From an uncultured Gemmatimonadales bacterium (GTDB taxonomy: Bacteria; Gemmatimonadota; Gemmatimonadetes; Gemmatimonadales; GWC2-71-9), in NCBI GenBank assembly GCA_963748815.1, contig CAVVKJ010000010.1, forward strand, positions 800,001 to 864,000: 64,000 nt of DNA, written 5' to 3'. The first letter of the stretch is position 1. Each line of letters opens with the position of its first letter. The translations under genes were made by a program, and so were the position numbers. This document shows, piece by piece, positions 8,926-16,851 of the stretch. Below the pieces are notes generated by a model, which saw nothing but the letters and a program-made list of their open reading frames with translations, did no database searches and was not told where the DNA came from.

Positions 8926-10371
8926 CTACACGGTCTCGATCTTGAGGAGGTTGGTGGTGCCGGGCATGTCGAAGGGGACGCCGGCGGTGACCACCACCCG
9001 GTCGCCCACCTGCACCAGCCCCTGCTCGAGGAGCGCGGCCCGGGCCACGAGGATCATCGCGTCGTAGTTGGGGACACGATCGACCAGCACCGGCGTGACC
9101 CCCCACACCAGCGCCAGGGCGCGGTAGGTGTCGGGTTCCGGGGTGACCGCCACGATCGGCACGGAGGGACGGAACGAGGCCACCGTGCGAGCGGTGAAGC
9201 CGCTCGAGGTGAAACAGGCGATGACCCGGGTGTCGAGGAGCTCCGAGGCGGCGCAGACCGCGACGGCGATGGCGTCCTCGGTCCGCGCCTCCCGCGCCTC
9301 GAATCGGTTGCCGCCGCCGCTCCGCCGTCCCACCGCCAGGTCGAAGGCGGCGCTCCGCCCCTTCCGGTGGCTTTCGACCTCCCGGGCAATCCGGTCCATC
9401 GCCTGCACCGCCTCCAGGGCGTAGTCGCCGACGGCCGTCTCGGCGGAGAGCATGACCGCGTCGGTGCCGTCCAGAATGGCGTTGGCCACATCGGACGCCT
9501 CCGCCCGGGTCGGCCGCGGCGCATGGACCATCGACTCCAGCATCTGGGTGGCGGTGATGACCGGCTTGCCGCGGAGGTTGGCCTCGCGAATGAGGCGCTT
9601 CTGCACCAGCGGGACCTCCTCGAAGGGCAGCTCGACGCCGAGGTCGCCGCGGGCCACCATCACGGCGTCGGTGGCGTCGAGGATCGACTCCAGATGGAGG
9701 AGGGCGGTGTCCTTCTCGATCTTGGCCACCAGCTGGATCCGCTTGGGAATCATGGTCCGGAGCTGATTCAGCTCCTCGGCCCGTCGGACGAAGGAGACGC
9801 CGATGTAGTCGACCCCGAGCTCGATGGCGTGGGCCACCTCCTCCTTGTCCTTCTCCGTCACCGCGGGGGCGCTGACGTCGACCCCGGGGAGGTTCATCCC
9901 CTTATTGGCCCGCAGCAGCCCGCCGTACCGGACGATCCCGTCGACGCGGTCCTCCCGGATACCGGTGACCTCGACGGCAAGGAGACCATCGTCCAGGAGA
10001 ATCTTCGACCCGGGGTGCATGTCCCCTGCGAGGCTGGCGTAGGTGGTGGGAATCTCGGCGCCCGCCGCGACCGCCTCCGGCGCGAAGGTGACCGACTGAC
10101 CTTGGGCCAGCTCCAAGGGCTCCGGGAGCTGGCCCACCCTGATCCGGGGCCCGTGCAGGTCCACGAGGATCGCCACCGGACCCTTCCGACCCTTCCGTAC
10201 CCGCTGCAGGTCCCGAATCCACTTCTCGCGCAATTCCGGGGTCCCGTGGGAGGCGTTCACCCGGACCACGTTCACCCCGGCATCGAGCAGCTGCACCATC
10301 CGGTCGGGATGGCACCAGGCGGGCCCCAGGGTGGCGACGATCTTTGTCCGGCGAATGGAGGAAGTCGGCAA
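8926..10371 (-). CDS. pyk: Pyruvate kinase
   Basis: RRTKIVATLGPA, RVNASHG, AKIE, MVARGDLGVE, TATQMLESM, PTRAEASDVANAILDGTDAVMLS; start (TTG) approximate. Confidence 0.95.
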   Translation of the reverse strand: MPTSSIRRTKIVATLGPAWCHPDRMVQLLDAGVNVVRVNASHGTPELREKWIRDLQRVRKGRKGPVAILVDLHGPRIRVGQLPEPLELAQGQSVTFAPEAVAAGAEIPTTYASLAGDMHPGSKILLDDGLLAVEVTGIREDRVDGIVRYGGLLRANKGMNLPGVDVSAPAVTEKDKEEVAHAIELGVDYIGVSFVRRAEELNQLRTMIPKRIQLVAKIEKDTALLHLESILDATDAVMVARGDLGVELPFEEVPLVQKRLIREANLRGKPVITATQMLESMVHAPRPTRAEASDVANAILDGTDAVMLSAETAVGDYALEAVQAMDRIAREVESHRKGRSAAFDLAVGRRSGGGNRFEAREARTEDAIAVAVCAASELLDTRVIACFTSSGFTARTVASFRPSVPIVAVTPEPDTYRALALVWGVTPVLVDRVPNYDAMILVARAALLEQGLVQVGDRVVVTAGVPFDMPGTTNLLKIETV

Positions 10372-10436
10372 GAGACGGCTCGGGGTTGGGGGACGGCGAT
10401 CGATGCTGGATTCTAACGGAACGTGGTGGGGGGGGA

Positions 10437-10468
10437 CAGCGGGGCAGCGGGGCAGCGGGGCAGCGGGG
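10437..10468. repeat. (CAGCGGGG)x4 octamer tandem repeat
   Basis: Read directly; same family as the GAAGCGGG runs elsewhere in the window. Confidence 0.9.
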
Positions 10469-10528
10469 CCGAAGGCGCGTAGCTCCCCCGACCGTGTCAA
10501 CAGGCAGCCTCACCGAATTGGTCAACCG

Positions 10529-10738
10529 TGGGGACTCCTGGCATCCGGCACGTTGGGTTGAACCCCTTTGAATAGGGGTGGGCGTAAGCCCACCCGGCGG
10601 TGCGCCCCCGCATGCGCGTGGCATTGGCGACGGGGCATTTGCCGACCCCGATCGGTCCGGCACCGCGGACCCAACGTTTTCCACATCCGCCCAGGTGCAC
10701 GGTTTCAGGTCATCCAACCGAGGTGGCCTGGGGTCCCC
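10529..10738. ncRNA. Candidate structured non-coding RNA (unassigned family)
   Basis: Nested inverted repeats GGGGACTCCTGGC/GCCTGGGGTCCCC, ACGTTGGGT/ACCCAACGT, GCGGTGC/GCACCGC; hairpins CCCCT-TTGAAT-AGGGG and GGGTGGGC-GTAA-GCCCACCC. Confidence 0.4.
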
Positions 10739-11132
10739 GATTGGGCCTGGATATCCCCATTTGGGGATGATGTTCATATATCATTTCCACCTCCCAACAG
10801 ACAGTCGGCGAGCCACACCGGTGGCTGGACGGTGACTATCCACGTCCGTGTGGAATGGGCAAACTTTCCCCCAGAATTGGCGTGGAAACCGTGGAAACCA
10901 GCTTCTTAGTCATTGTAGGACAAAGCACTAGAGGTGTACTTAACTTTCCACTTTAAGTGGAACTCTTAACTTTATTATTAACATCACTTACAGATTGGGA
11001 TAAAATGTGGAAAGTAGGGTGGTGACAGTGTCGTTACCCGGACTCGAACATGCGTAATCGCTGCATAAAAGAGCCCCGGAGACCCAAAAACCTGGGGTCG
11101 CCGGGGCGGGCAGAATTATGGTGTGTGGAGAA
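10677..11132. other. Candidate chromosomal replication origin (DnaA-box cluster plus AT-rich segment)
   Basis: TTTTCCACA at 10677-10685 matches TTWTNCACA; about a dozen related 9-mers in both orientations; AT-rich core around 10900-11015. Confidence 0.55.
11066..11107 (-). terminator. Rho-independent terminator
   Basis: GCCCCGG..GACCCC/GGGTC..CCGGGGC hairpin followed by TCTTTTA on the minus strand, just downstream of the 83-aa gene. Confidence 0.65.
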
Positions 11133-11138
11133 CGGAAA

Positions 11139-11390
11139 TCAGTCGAGCAGTTCGAGGTCGACCACCTGACCGGCCTGCAAACCCAGCTCCTTTACGATCT
11201 TCTCCGGGAGGGTCACCCCTGCCCCGCTGCTGAAGCTCCAGCCCCGGGTCTTGAACCGCCTCCCCCCGACCTTGACCGTGACCGGGACGCTCTTGCCGAG
11301 CGGCAGGCTGCCGGCCGGGAGGAAGACCTTGGCGTAGGTGCTCGCGCCGTAGCGTTCGAGGACGAGCCGTTCGTGAACCAGGGTGGACAT
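11139..11390 (-). CDS. Small DUF1905/AbrB-like split-barrel protein
   Basis: VPVTVKVGGRRFKTR...VTLPEKIVKELGLQAGQVVDLEL; GGGAG RBS. Confidence 0.6.
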   Translation of the reverse strand: MSTLVHERLVLERYGASTYAKVFLPAGSLPLGKSVPVTVKVGGRRFKTRGWSFSSGAGVTLPEKIVKELGLQAGQVVDLELLD

Positions 11391-11418
11391 CGCTGCTCCC
11401 TCCGGGGGAGCTGCTAAC

Positions 11419-12276
11419 CTATCCCCCGCTCGGCGGGGCGCCAGAGGCGCTTTGCCGGGTGAACTCCACCCGGGCCTCGCCTCCCCAGTACATCGGCCCG
11501 AACATCCGGATCGGGGAGGCCTTCAGCGCCTTGGCCAGGTCGTCCTTCCCCTGGACGTTGAACACGCCCGGCAGGTGGCGCATCCACTGGGGTGCCGAAG
11601 AGGCGACGCCGGCCCAGCGGATGGACCGCTTTCCATCGAAAATCTGGGTGGTGGCCCTCGACTCACCGAACGCGGTGGAGTCCCGACCGCTCATCTGGCC
11701 CTTCCAGGAGAGCACCGTCTTCCCGATGGTGACCGAGTAGTTCTGGTTGGTCGACTCCGGCACCGTCACGAGGCTCCGCTTGAACACCGTCATCGGGATG
11801 AAGGCGCTTTCCGAGCGCTTCCGGACCCGCCAGTCGTTGGTCCAGTACTGGGCCACATACCACTGATCGAGTGCCGGAGCGCCACCGGTGCGGGAGGCGG
11901 CAATGGCCCAGTACCCGATGAGTTCCCGAGCCCCCATCTTCTTGTCCGGCGAAAAAACCGACCCCCCGATGTCCACGGTGGGCGACTCGATGAAGCAGAC
12001 CTGCGCCGGGACCCACCCGCCATAGGTCGCGTCCCCCTCGACCTCCCGATGGAGCAGCGGGGAAAGCGGGGCAAAACTGGCCGCCGGGATGACCTGGAAC
12101 CCCTGCGGGAGCTGCCGGGTGGCGAGGTCGGGCGCCATCAGGAAATCGACGCAGGCAAGGAACTCGACCTGGGGAAAGACCCAGAGGTACCCGGGGGCGG
12201 GGTCGGACTGGGCGAAGCCGGGGCTCACCAGGACGCCCAGCAGCCCCAAGGCGGGCAGAAAGGATTTTAGGCTCAC
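11419..12276 (-). CDS. Exported hypothetical protein, acetoacetate-decarboxylase-like start
   Basis: Signal peptide (GFA-Q); VDFLMAPDLATRQLPQGF resembles the N-terminus of the ADC fold; GTGA overlap with the upstream gene. Confidence 0.5.
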   Translation of the reverse strand: MSLKSFLPALGLLGVLVSPGFAQSDPAPGYLWVFPQVEFLACVDFLMAPDLATRQLPQGFQVIPAASFAPLSPLLHREVEGDATYGGWVPAQVCFIESPTVDIGGSVFSPDKKMGARELIGYWAIAASRTGGAPALDQWYVAQYWTNDWRVRKRSESAFIPMTVFKRSLVTVPESTNQNYSVTIGKTVLSWKGQMSGRDSTAFGESRATTQIFDGKRSIRWAGVASSAPQWMRHLPGVFNVQGKDDLAKALKASPIRMFGPMYWGGEARVEFTRQSASGAPPSGG

Positions 12277-12860
12277 GACTTCCCTCGCGCATCGGCGATC
12301 GCCTTCTGGAGGCGATCGTAGCCCTTCGGATCCGTCGCGTTGAACTGCAATTCCCGCCAGGCCACCTTCCCGTTCTTGCCGATGACGTAGACCACCCGCC
12401 GGTTGTACCCCTCGGACCCCTTGGCCCCGTACTTCGCCGCGACCCGCTGCTTTGGGTCCGAGAGGAGCTTGAACGGCAGCCCCAGGCTTTCGGCGAACCG
12501 GACATGGGTCTCGAGGCTGTCCACGCTGATCCCCACCAGCACGGCCCCTTCGAACATCGTGGCGTACCGGTCGGCGAAGGTACGCATTTCCGCCGTGCAC
12601 CCGGACGTGAAATCCCGCGGGTAGAAGGCCAGGACGACGACCTGGCCCTCGAGCGCCGTCAGCGAGAAGGGCTCCTCCGCCGGCCCGATCCCGTTCTTGT
12701 CGGCCCAGGGCGCGGAAAAATCGACCGCCTTCTGCCCCGGCTCGGGCCCGGTCACCAGGATGGCGGTGGCGGGACCCGACGCGGTCGCAGCGGAGTCCTG
12801 CGCGGCAACGGGGGCGGCGACAAGGAGCGCCACCAGGGAAACGGACAGCAATGACTTCAT
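12273..12860 (-). CDS. Peroxiredoxin (Bcp/PrxQ family) with signal peptide
   Basis: LAFYPRDFTSGCTAE, GISVDS, LLSD, RVVYVIG. Confidence 0.9.
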   Translation of the reverse strand: MKSLLSVSLVALLVAAPVAAQDSAATASGPATAILVTGPEPGQKAVDFSAPWADKNGIGPAEEPFSLTALEGQVVVLAFYPRDFTSGCTAEMRTFADRYATMFEGAVLVGISVDSLETHVRFAESLGLPFKLLSDPKQRVAAKYGAKGSEGYNRRVVYVIGKNGKVAWRELQFNATDPKGYDRLQKAIADARGKS

Positions 12861-12878
12861 GGTCGGACCTCGGTGGAG

Positions 12879-13379
12879 TTATTTCGTGGTGGCGCGGCGG
12901 AGGGCGGCCCCGAAGGACTGCCTCCCGCCGACCCCGGTGTAGACGATGCGCCCATTCCCGTCGATGATAACCACGTAGGAGGTCTCCGCGACATCGTACG
13001 CGCGCTGACTGACGCCCTCGTCGTCATAGAGCACCAGCCAGGGTGGCTGCGCCCGCGCCACCCAGGCCCGGACCGAATCGCGCGGGTCGCCGACGGTGAT
13101 GTTGACGCCGATGAACTGCACCTGCTGGCCGTACGTCGCCTGGGCGGCGGCCACCGCCGGCTCGAGCGCCGCGCAGGAGGTGCACCAGGTGGCCCAGAAC
13201 AGCAGGAAGACGGGCCGCTTCCCGATCCACTGGCCCAGGTCGACCGACTGCCCGTCGAGGTCGTGGACGGCCACCACCGGGGCGGCATTGCCGACGCCCG
13301 GCGTCTGCGCCGCCGCCGGCCGGCAGATCAACAGCGCCACCACGCAGGCCAGTGCGGCTACTGCTCCCCTGCTCCCCAC
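12879..13379 (-). CDS. TlpA-like thiol:disulfide oxidoreductase
   Basis: FWATWCTSC, signal peptide, IIDGNGRIVY. Confidence 0.9.
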   Translation of the reverse strand: MGSRGAVAALACVVALLICRPAAAQTPGVGNAAPVVAVHDLDGQSVDLGQWIGKRPVFLLFWATWCTSCAALEPAVAAAQATYGQQVQFIGVNITVGDPRDSVRAWVARAQPPWLVLYDDEGVSQRAYDVAETSYVVIIDGNGRIVYTGVGGRQSFGAALRRATTK

Positions 13380-14612
13380 CTAGCTCGCGACCGGCTCGGC
13401 GGGGGCGTACCGGCCCTCGACGTATTCCTCGAGCAACGCCAGGAATTCCGGCACGATCCGTTCGCCGCTCAGGGTGACGCGCAACTGGCCGTCCACATAC
13501 ACCGGCGCCCGCGGGTCCTCGGCGGTGCCCGGCAGCGAAATACCGATGTCGGCGTGCTTCGACTCGCCCGGTCCGTTCACGATGCAGCCCATCACCGCCA
13601 CCCGCATCGACTCGACCCCGGGCCGCGCCTCGCGCCAGACCGGCATCTGCGCGCGCAGGTACCGCTCGATGTCCTGCGCCATCGACTGGAAGAAGGTGCT
13701 GGTGGTCCGGCCGCAGCCGGGACAGCTGGTGACCTGCGGCGTGAAGCTGCGGAGGTCGAGCGACTGGAGAATCTGCTGCGCCACCTGCACCTCTTCGGTG
13801 CGGTCACCGCCGGGGGCCGGCGTCAGGGAGACGCGGATGGTGTCGCCGATCCCCTCCTGCAGCAGGATGGCGAGCCCGGCCGTGCTGGCCACGATCCCCT
13901 TGGTGCCGAGGCCGGCCTCGGTCAGCCCGAGGTGCAGCGGATAGTCGCCGCGCGCGGCGAGCAGACGGTACACATCCACCAGGTCCTGCACCGCCGAGAC
14001 CTTGGCGGAGAGAATGATCCGGTCATGCGCCAGGCCGGTGTCCTCGGCCAGCGCCGCCGAGCGGATGGCGCTCTCGACCATCGCGTCGAGCGTGACGGCG
14101 CGCGCCTCTCGCGGGACGGCGAGCCGGTGGTTGGCGTCCATCAGCTCGGTGAGGAGCGCCTGGTCGAGCGACCCCCAGTTGACCCCGATCCGTACCGGCC
14201 GGTCGTGCCGCAGCGCGACCTCGATGATGGCGCGGAAGTGCTCGTCGCGCCGCTTGCCGCCGACGTTGCCGGGGTTGATCCGGTACTTGGCGAGGGCCGC
14301 GGCACAGGCCGGATACTTGGTGAGGAGGATGTGGCCGTTGTAGTGGAAATCGCCGATGACCGGGACGCGCACCCCGATCCGGTCGAGTCCCTCGACGATT
14401 TCGGGAACCGCGCGGGCCGCCTCCTCGGTGTTGACCGTCACCCGCACGAGCTCGCTCCCCGCCCGCGCCAGCGCCGCCACCTGGCGCACCGTCCCCACCA
14501 CGTCGGCGGTATCGGTGTTCGTCATCGACTGGACGACGATGGGGTGGCAGGAGCCGACGCTCACGTGCCCGATGCGGGTCGTGACGGTGGGGCGGCGGGG
14601 GATGGGAGGCAT
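13380..14612 (-). CDS. ispG: (E)-4-hydroxy-3-methylbut-2-enyl-diphosphate synthase
   Basis: [69 protein letters not shown]. Confidence 0.97.
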   Translation of the reverse strand: MPPIPRRPTVTTRIGHVSVGSCHPIVVQSMTNTDTADVVGTVRQVAALARAGSELVRVTVNTEEAARAVPEIVEGLDRIGVRVPVIGDFHYNGHILLTKYPACAAALAKYRINPGNVGGKRRDEHFRAIIEVALRHDRPVRIGVNWGSLDQALLTELMDANHRLAVPREARAVTLDAMVESAIRSAALAEDTGLAHDRIILSAKVSAVQDLVDVYRLLAARGDYPLHLGLTEAGLGTKGIVASTAGLAILLQEGIGDTIRVSLTPAPGGDRTEEVQVAQQILQSLDLRSFTPQVTSCPGCGRTTSTFFQSMAQDIERYLRAQMPVWREARPGVESMRVAVMGCIVNGPGESKHADIGISLPGTAEDPRAPVYVDGQLRVTLSGERIVPEFLALLEEYVEGRYAPAEPVAS

Positions 14613-14635
14613 TGGGGAAATATACAGGGGAGGAC

Positions 14636-14763
14636 GAAGGAGAAAGAGGACTTGGGACTTGGAGGGGCTGACGGGAAAGGAAAAGGGGTGTCTCCTCACC
14701 GGAAGGAACTCCTCCTTCGCCCTTCCTCCTTCCGCCCTCCAAGTCCTTAGTCCCTTCTCCTTT
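14636..14763. repeat. Long imperfect purine/pyrimidine inverted repeat
   Basis: AAGGAGAAAGAGGACTTGGGACTTGGAGGG pairs with CCCTCCAAGTCCTTAGTCCCTTCTCCTT. Confidence 0.6.
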
Positions 14764-14764
14764 G

Positions 14765-15649
14765 CCGCTGTTCAGCTCCGGTCAAACTCCGCCTCGTCGA
14801 GGTCCCGCATCTCCTGCGGCTCCAGCCGGAGGTCGCCCGCCGTCCAGCTGTCGAGCGCGTGCGGGCACGGTGCGGGCGCCAGGAATGACGATCACGTTCG
14901 AGGCCTGCTCCAGCACCCAGGCCAGGACCACGGCGTGCGCCGAGACGCCGCGATGGGCGGCGATCGACTTCACCACGGGCTGCGATCGGGAGCTTCTGGT
15001 TGAGGCGGCCGCCGCCCACGGGGCTGTAGGCCAGGAAGCCGATGCCGAGGTCCTCGCAATGTTCCACGACCCCCTCGGTGAGCGCCTCGCGGAAGAAGGG
15101 GTTCAGCCGGTTCTGCACCGTCACGACCTCGATGTGGCGTCGGGCCGCGTTGATCTGGTCGACCGAGACGTTGGAGAGCCCGAGCCACCGGATCTTCCCC
15201 GCGGCCTGGAGTTCCGCGAGCATCCCGATGCTCTCGCCGAATGGGACACGGGGGTCGGGGGCGTGGAACTGGTAGAGATCGATGCGGTCCACGCCGAGTG
15301 CCTGCAGGGATCGGTCACAGGCCCGCCGCAGGTGTTCGGGGCGGCCGTTCCGGTCCCAGCTCCCCTGCGGCCGGGTCATTCCCCCCTTGGTGGCCACGAT
15401 CACCTCGTCGCGGGGGCCGTTCCATTCGCGGAGGGCCCGGGCCATCAGCCGTTCGTTGTGCCCAAGGTCCTCGTCGGAGAGGCAGTAGACGTCGGCGGTG
15501 TCGAGGAGGCGGACGCCGGCGTCCAGGGCGGCGTGGATGACGCGCACGGCATCCGGTTCCGGTGGACGGCCGGCGGTAGAAAGCGGCATGCCCCCGAAAC
15601 CGACCGGGGGCACGCGTGGAGCAGCGGGGCCGAGCGGGCGTTCGATCAC
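14765..15649 (-). CDS. Aldo/keto reductase (frameshifts near 14985 and 14865)
   Basis: [51 protein letters not shown]; continues in another frame as HAVVLAWVL...VIPGART; 3' end approximate. Confidence 0.85.
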
Positions 15650-15909
15650 ACGAGGCCGAGCTTCTTGGTCAGGCGGTAGTGTTCTTCCGGCCGGAGGGTC
15701 CCGTCGGTGGCGAGCGGGGCCAGCGCCTGGAGGATGTCGGCGCGTGAGCCGTCGATCCGGCGCTCGCGGAGCTCCCCGATCATGCGGGCGAAGCGCGCCT
15801 CGAACTGGTCGGCGTTCAGCTCGCCGTTGGCGCGCATGTCGCTGATGTTGTGCAGCTCTTCCAGCAGGCGCGGCACGGTGATCGGGGTGAGTTGGGGGGT
15901 CTCGGACAT
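15646..15909 (-). CDS. Hypothetical protein (87 aa, helical)
   Basis: MSETPQLTPITVPRLL... with GAGG RBS, host-like codon usage, GTGA overlap with the AKR gene. Confidence 0.7.
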   Translation of the reverse strand: MSETPQLTPITVPRLLEELHNISDMRANGELNADQFEARFARMIGELRERRIDGSRADILQALAPLATDGTLRPEEHYRLTKKLGLV

Positions 15910-15983
15910 CGTGTCGACCTCAGTAGAGCGGTGGGAGCGGCGGAGTACGTCTCGGCAATATAACGGCAGGCCCGGGACGACCG

Positions 15984-16259
15984 TCACCCGGTGGCCTCGC
16001 GCCTGGGTTCCACCGACGCGGCGTCGTAGGCGCGGGTCCGGAGCGGCGAGGTGCGGCCGCGGGTCCAGCCGCCCCGGAACTCGAAGTGTTCCTCCGGGAG
16101 GAGCCGGTCGCCGAGCGGCACGGTGCCGGCCAGCTCCAGATGCCAGAAGAGCATCCTCGCGCCGACCTCCGCGGCCGGCATCCACTCCCCGGGCTTGATC
16201 GGGGGATAGTGCTCCGCGAACTCGACGCGCAGCCGGGTCATCCGGATTTCCATGTCCAT
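15984..16259 (-). CDS. Hypothetical protein (~91 aa)
   Basis: RLRVEFAEHYPPIKPGEWMPAA...LLPEEHFEFRGG; protein-like composition, co-oriented in the operon. Confidence 0.65.
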   Translation of the reverse strand: MDMEIRMTRLRVEFAEHYPPIKPGEWMPAAEVGARMLFWHLELAGTVPLGDRLLPEEHFEFRGGWTRGRTSPLRTRAYDAASVEPRREATG

Positions 16260-16267
16260 AAGTACGG

Positions 16268-16675
16268 TCAACCCCACCGCGAGAGAATGGCACCCATCGC
16301 TGCAAAGTACACAAACTGATAGAGCGCGTCGATCAGCCAGGCGCCGAACCGCTTCTCCGAGAAGACGAGGGCCGTCAGGCTCACCGGCATCACGATGAAG
16401 GACCAGAGCATGATGCCCGTGTGCGTGCCGCCCAGCAGCGTGTCGCCCCGGGCAAGGGCGCCGATCCCCACCCCGAGCACCAGGTACGCGACGAACGAGA
16501 TGCCGTACGCCCGGGGGGCGCCCGCCTTCAGCTCCGCCAGCTTGTCCGGGGTGTACCCGTTGAGCTCCATCCACGGCCGGGCGAACAGGAGGGGAGAATA
16601 CCAGAGCATCCCGATGACGAACGTCGCCACGGCAGCCAGCAGTACGCCCACGGGATTCACGTCGAACGGCAACAT
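16268..16675 (-). CDS. DUF1761 family membrane protein
   Basis: VNPVGVLLAAVATFVIGMLWYSPLLFARPW...LIDALYQFV. Confidence 0.85.
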   Translation of the reverse strand: MLPFDVNPVGVLLAAVATFVIGMLWYSPLLFARPWMELNGYTPDKLAELKAGAPRAYGISFVAYLVLGVGIGALARGDTLLGGTHTGIMLWSFIVMPVSLTALVFSEKRFGAWLIDALYQFVYFAAMGAILSRWG

Positions 16676-16851
16676 GCGCGCTACCTCCTCCGGAGTTGCG
16701 GCCACCTCGGCAACGCGTCAGGCACGTTCAGCGATGGCCGGGCACGAGACGTCCGGAACGGTTCGGATCCGCGGTGGTAAGCAGGGGGTATGCGAGGAAT
16801 CTGCGCCCTTCGGCGGCAATGTCAAATCGGGGCCCCCGCGTCGGCCGGCGC

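Noticed and set aside
10529..10738. Firm call as 6S RNA, cobalamin riboswitch, tmRNA or SRP RNA
   Set aside because: Only fragmentary resemblance: no central bubble, no GGGAA/B12 box, no tRNA-like T-arm end, no SRP domain IV motif. Kept as an unassigned candidate
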